From assembly GCA_950097015.1 (NCBI GenBank), contig CATNEN010000005.1, forward strand, positions 4,278,001 to 4,342,000: DNA of 64,000 nt, written 5' to 3'. The stretch is from Macrostomum hystrix. Its lineage: Eukaryota; Animalia; Platyhelminthes. The position numbers and the translations under genes are program-made. The notes beneath the pieces are model-generated. The model ran no database searches, had not been told where the DNA came from, and saw only the letters and a program-made list of their open reading frames with translations. Of the stretch, positions 60,801 to 64,000 are shown in pieces; within the stretch, counting starts at the first letter, position 1; each line of letters opens with the position of its first letter.

Positions 60801-63800
60801 AGGGCATCCTCTAGGTGCTGTCTGAAGTACTTGTGGTTCAGAGAAGTAATCTGAAGTTCCTTAGAAGCCTCGCGGTTCTTGATCCAGATTTTGCCCTGTC
60901 CTTGAGGGTCGATGAGCAGTGGATAACGGCTGGCCTGAGTCACGATGATGCCGTTCTCTGTGCTCAGCTCATCGTTTGGGAGGCCTTGCAGATTCCATTC
61001 CGCAATGGTGGTAGCCTCTACCAGCATCTCGATAAGGTTGAGACTGTCACTGTACGGAATCTTCTTATCCTTCATATTCTTTTGCCAGTTCTTGTTCAGC
61101 AGCAGCCGGAAATCCTGATTGAACGGGCCCGAGTAGGACAGGAAGGCGGTGGCCATGAGGACGTCGCCAACCAGTCTGCCGATTTGAGCCTTGTACTCCT
61201 TGCTCTGGCGAGTCCAGCGCTCTTTCTCGTCTGCCAGGCCGGTGATCAGCTGCTCGGCGGCGCTCATCTTCCTGCGGCAAGCCGCGGCATCGTCCTCCAG
61301 CGCCTGCTTCTTGCGCATCGCCTCCTCGTAGACTGCCCGGACCTTCGCTAGCTCGGCCTCCTTCTCGTCTAACGTCGCTTGGGCGGCGGCCAAGTCTTCG
61401 TTAGCCTTCTTCAGACGAACCTCCTGTTTGGCTAGATTGTCCTTCAGCGGCATAACCTCTTTGTTAATCCAGAAGAACTCCTGCATAGCCTTTGTCCAGG
61501 AGAGCAGGCCAGCTACGTTGCCGCACACCCTTTTGGCTGTCTCCAAGTTGTAGTCTTCCATTTCGATGTACGGCATCAGAAATTCTATGCTCTCTTCGTT
61601 CATTGAGTCCTTGGCGAACTGCGTTAGCATGCTTAAGAAGCCTGTGTTGGACATGAGCTTCAAGGACTCGCTCCAGCTGGGCTTCACGCACGGCCTCTCG
61701 GGGTCTGGCGCCACCATGTCCAGCCGACGTAGGAACAAGATTAGAACGCAGTCCATGATGCGCATGATAAGGTGCGGCGGCTTGCCAAGCTTCCGTACCG
61801 TGGCAATATCAGCCGGCTTGATGGTGTTCAGAGCTTCCTCTGCAGCTTCGAGAGCTGGTTTGGCAGCCTCCAGCTTGCCTTCAGCGATGGCCTTATCCTG
61901 CGCGATCGAGTCCACAATGGCCTGAGCCCGATCTTTGACCACTTGCACTTTGTTCTTGATTTCTTGGGCCGCCTGTTGTTGAACAGCTACCTGCTTCAAA
62001 ACCTCCTCTGCTTCTTTATTAGCCACCTCGAGTTCCTTCTCTTTAACTACGAGCTCTTCGCTGAGAATCTTCACAGACTCTTGAGCCTCCAGCAGTTTCT
62101 CCAGACCGCTGTCCATTCTTCCGGCGAGTCCCTGGAAAAACTGCAGCTTTTCTTCGTAGATCTTCTTGTAGCCCTGCAGGAAGCTGAGGTAGGACTTAGG
62201 CGTCACGTGAGTGCTGCGCCTGTAGCGATTGAAATACTCGGAGCAGCTCTCAGCAACTCCGTCGTGCACAACACCCATGGTTTGGATGAGGTCCTGCTTC
62301 ACGACATCGGAGCAAACCATGGGGAATTTTGACAAGAAGTGATCCGCCACTGCCACCAGGGCATCGCGAGGCCAGCGCTGGAACCAGTCCATGGTGCAGC
62401 CGGAAATTAGTGCTGGGAACTTCAGAGCGCGGCTGCGGAACTTCTCACCGACTGGAGAGAAGCACAGAACCACGTGCAAATTCTGCCGGGTCCTTGAGAG
62501 GAAGTACTCCTGCAGGTTCTCGTTGGTTGGTGGACGCCTCGGGAACTCTTTCTTCATCACGCTGATCAACTCTTGACAGATTTCGTCCATTTCATCGCGC
62601 GGAAACAGGTTGGAGACGACGCCTGAGGCGAGAACATTGTTGAGATACTCAAGGAAGCTCTCATCTTTGATCTCGTTATCGGTGAACACGAACGTGATTC
62701 CCCTGCCCTGCTGACCAGCTGTCCGATAGAGGAACTTCAGATCCTCCATCAGATTTGAAACATTGTAGGATCTTGTGAGTGTGATTTGGAAGGTGTTATA
62801 GCCGGCGATAAACGAGGCTAGCCTGGTCAGCGACTGTTTGCCAGATCCGCCGACGCCGACGAGCAGAGCGTTGCCACGCGGCGTGCTGATGATGCGCGAT
62901 ATCTTCACCAGATGCGTCATGGCGTCCTGGAAGAACACAAGGTCCATACCGGCTCCGCGAATGTTCTCATTGTACTGGCCCATGAAATAGCGAAGGCGCT
63001 CTCCCAGAGACTCAAACGACGGGATCTGAAATGGAAATAGTAAAACGCTTGTACATGGTATGCCTCAATTACGAGTAATGGGTTTCATAAATAAGACTCG
63101 GCTAACTGGACTGTAAAGCTAATACATGACTAATGACAGATTAATGAGACAATTAATAAGACATACCGGCTCGTAGACGCGAGGCATCTCAAAGTCCGTG
63201 TCGTCGGGCTCTTCGCCAGTGGCCTCCGGGGCATCTCTGAAATGCAAAGTGCTTTTTGTATATGTTATCCCAAAGCCTCTTTTCTGTGGATAATTAGAAT
63301 GCCGATTTCCACACTTCCCTGGGGCGAGTTGACATTCAGTAAATTAGACAGCCTTGTTAATTGTGGGATAACTGCTAATGATTCTAATCGCATGATAAAA
63401 TATCATCGCTCCATTGTAATATGCAAGTGAATTGCTGAAGATATTGAAGCCAATCAGCGGCTGAAAGAACGTTTTCAGTAAAAAAGGCTTCAAGAAAATG
63501 AGCTCAGAAGGCTTTCAGCTAAGTCTGCCTTAATGGACAGGATAAGTATAGGCCGAATGATCTGAGAAGATTTCTCTGGGGACATTTCCGGATAAAAAAC
63601 TGGCCTTTCCTTCCGTCTGAAATTCATACCCAAATTTGGTCAATTCTCTGCCGATCGAAGCCTCAATTGTCCTTTAGGCGACCCCATTATACGGGCTAAT
63701 AGAGCTGGGCTGAATGCCATAAATTTTAATCAGCCTATGGATTGAATACTGGATAATGTCCCTTTCTTGCCTGAGAAAGTCCACAAAGAACGTAGTCGGC

Positions 63801-64000
63801 TCCACAAGCCTGCCAACCTCCTCGCCCATGTCCTCGACAATCACGCGGGACATTGTCTTTGTGAACCAGTTGACATCGTCGTAGGTTGTGAATCTGAAAA
63901 ATTTGTGTTCCCAATTTTTAATGAATCTCAGTTTAACTGATTAGAAATAAGGAGAAATGTTTTTTTCAGGTTCCTGTTCCTAACCGGTCAGAGATCACTC
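57848..64000 (-). CDS. DNAH5: Axonemal outer-arm dynein heavy chain (DNAH5/DNAH8 type), C-terminal part; gene continues beyond the window
   Basis: Exons 64000-63985, 63893-63771, 63236-63167, 63025-57848. RVISDRF, FVDFLRDAPE, the AAA4 P-loop [10 protein letters not shown], the stalk coiled coil, [19 protein letters not shown] and the C-terminal [12 protein letters not shown] closely follow DNAH5-type chains. Confidence 0.96.

Noticed and set aside
57890-62576. Many 60-280 aa ORFs overlapping the dynein gene
   Set aside because: Antisense or alternative-frame shadows of a GC-rich coding exon.

Overview
Eukaryotic (animal) genomic DNA: AT-rich spliceosomal introns (many about 60-70 bp), GC-rich exons, and abundant minisatellites, SINEs and MITEs. 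The style suggests an invertebrate such as a free-living flatworm (Macrostomum-like), which is an inference only. The left half (about 1-31.2 kb) holds a tandem cluster of highly diverged paralogous single-pass receptor genes that the ORF track hides because they are split into small exons. I reconstructed five apparently intact genes by hand with consistent splice phases (R1 998-3442 -, R2 9017-11106 -, R3 17259-20903 +, R4 23792-25553 -, R5 29460-31155 -, first exon of R5 unresolved) plus two degenerate copies. The shared architecture is signal peptide, divergent F-type-lectin/discoidin-like domain, optional Ig domain, optional Cys-rich domain, TM helix and a cytoplasmic tail. The R1 and R5 tails carry ITSM-consensus TxYxxI motifs and the R3 and R4 tails carry other YxxI/L motifs. 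This looks like an uncharacterised polymorphic immune or allorecognition receptor cluster. An intronless orphan 7TM gene and many TE remnants (THAP-bearing TIR element, RTE LINE, Gypsy fragment, Crypton-like ORF, two tRNA-derived SINE families) are interspersed. The right half holds nested MITEs, EMC2, large tandem arrays, a two-exon low-complexity gene and the 3' part of an outer-arm axonemal dynein heavy chain (DNAH5-like) that runs off the right edge.
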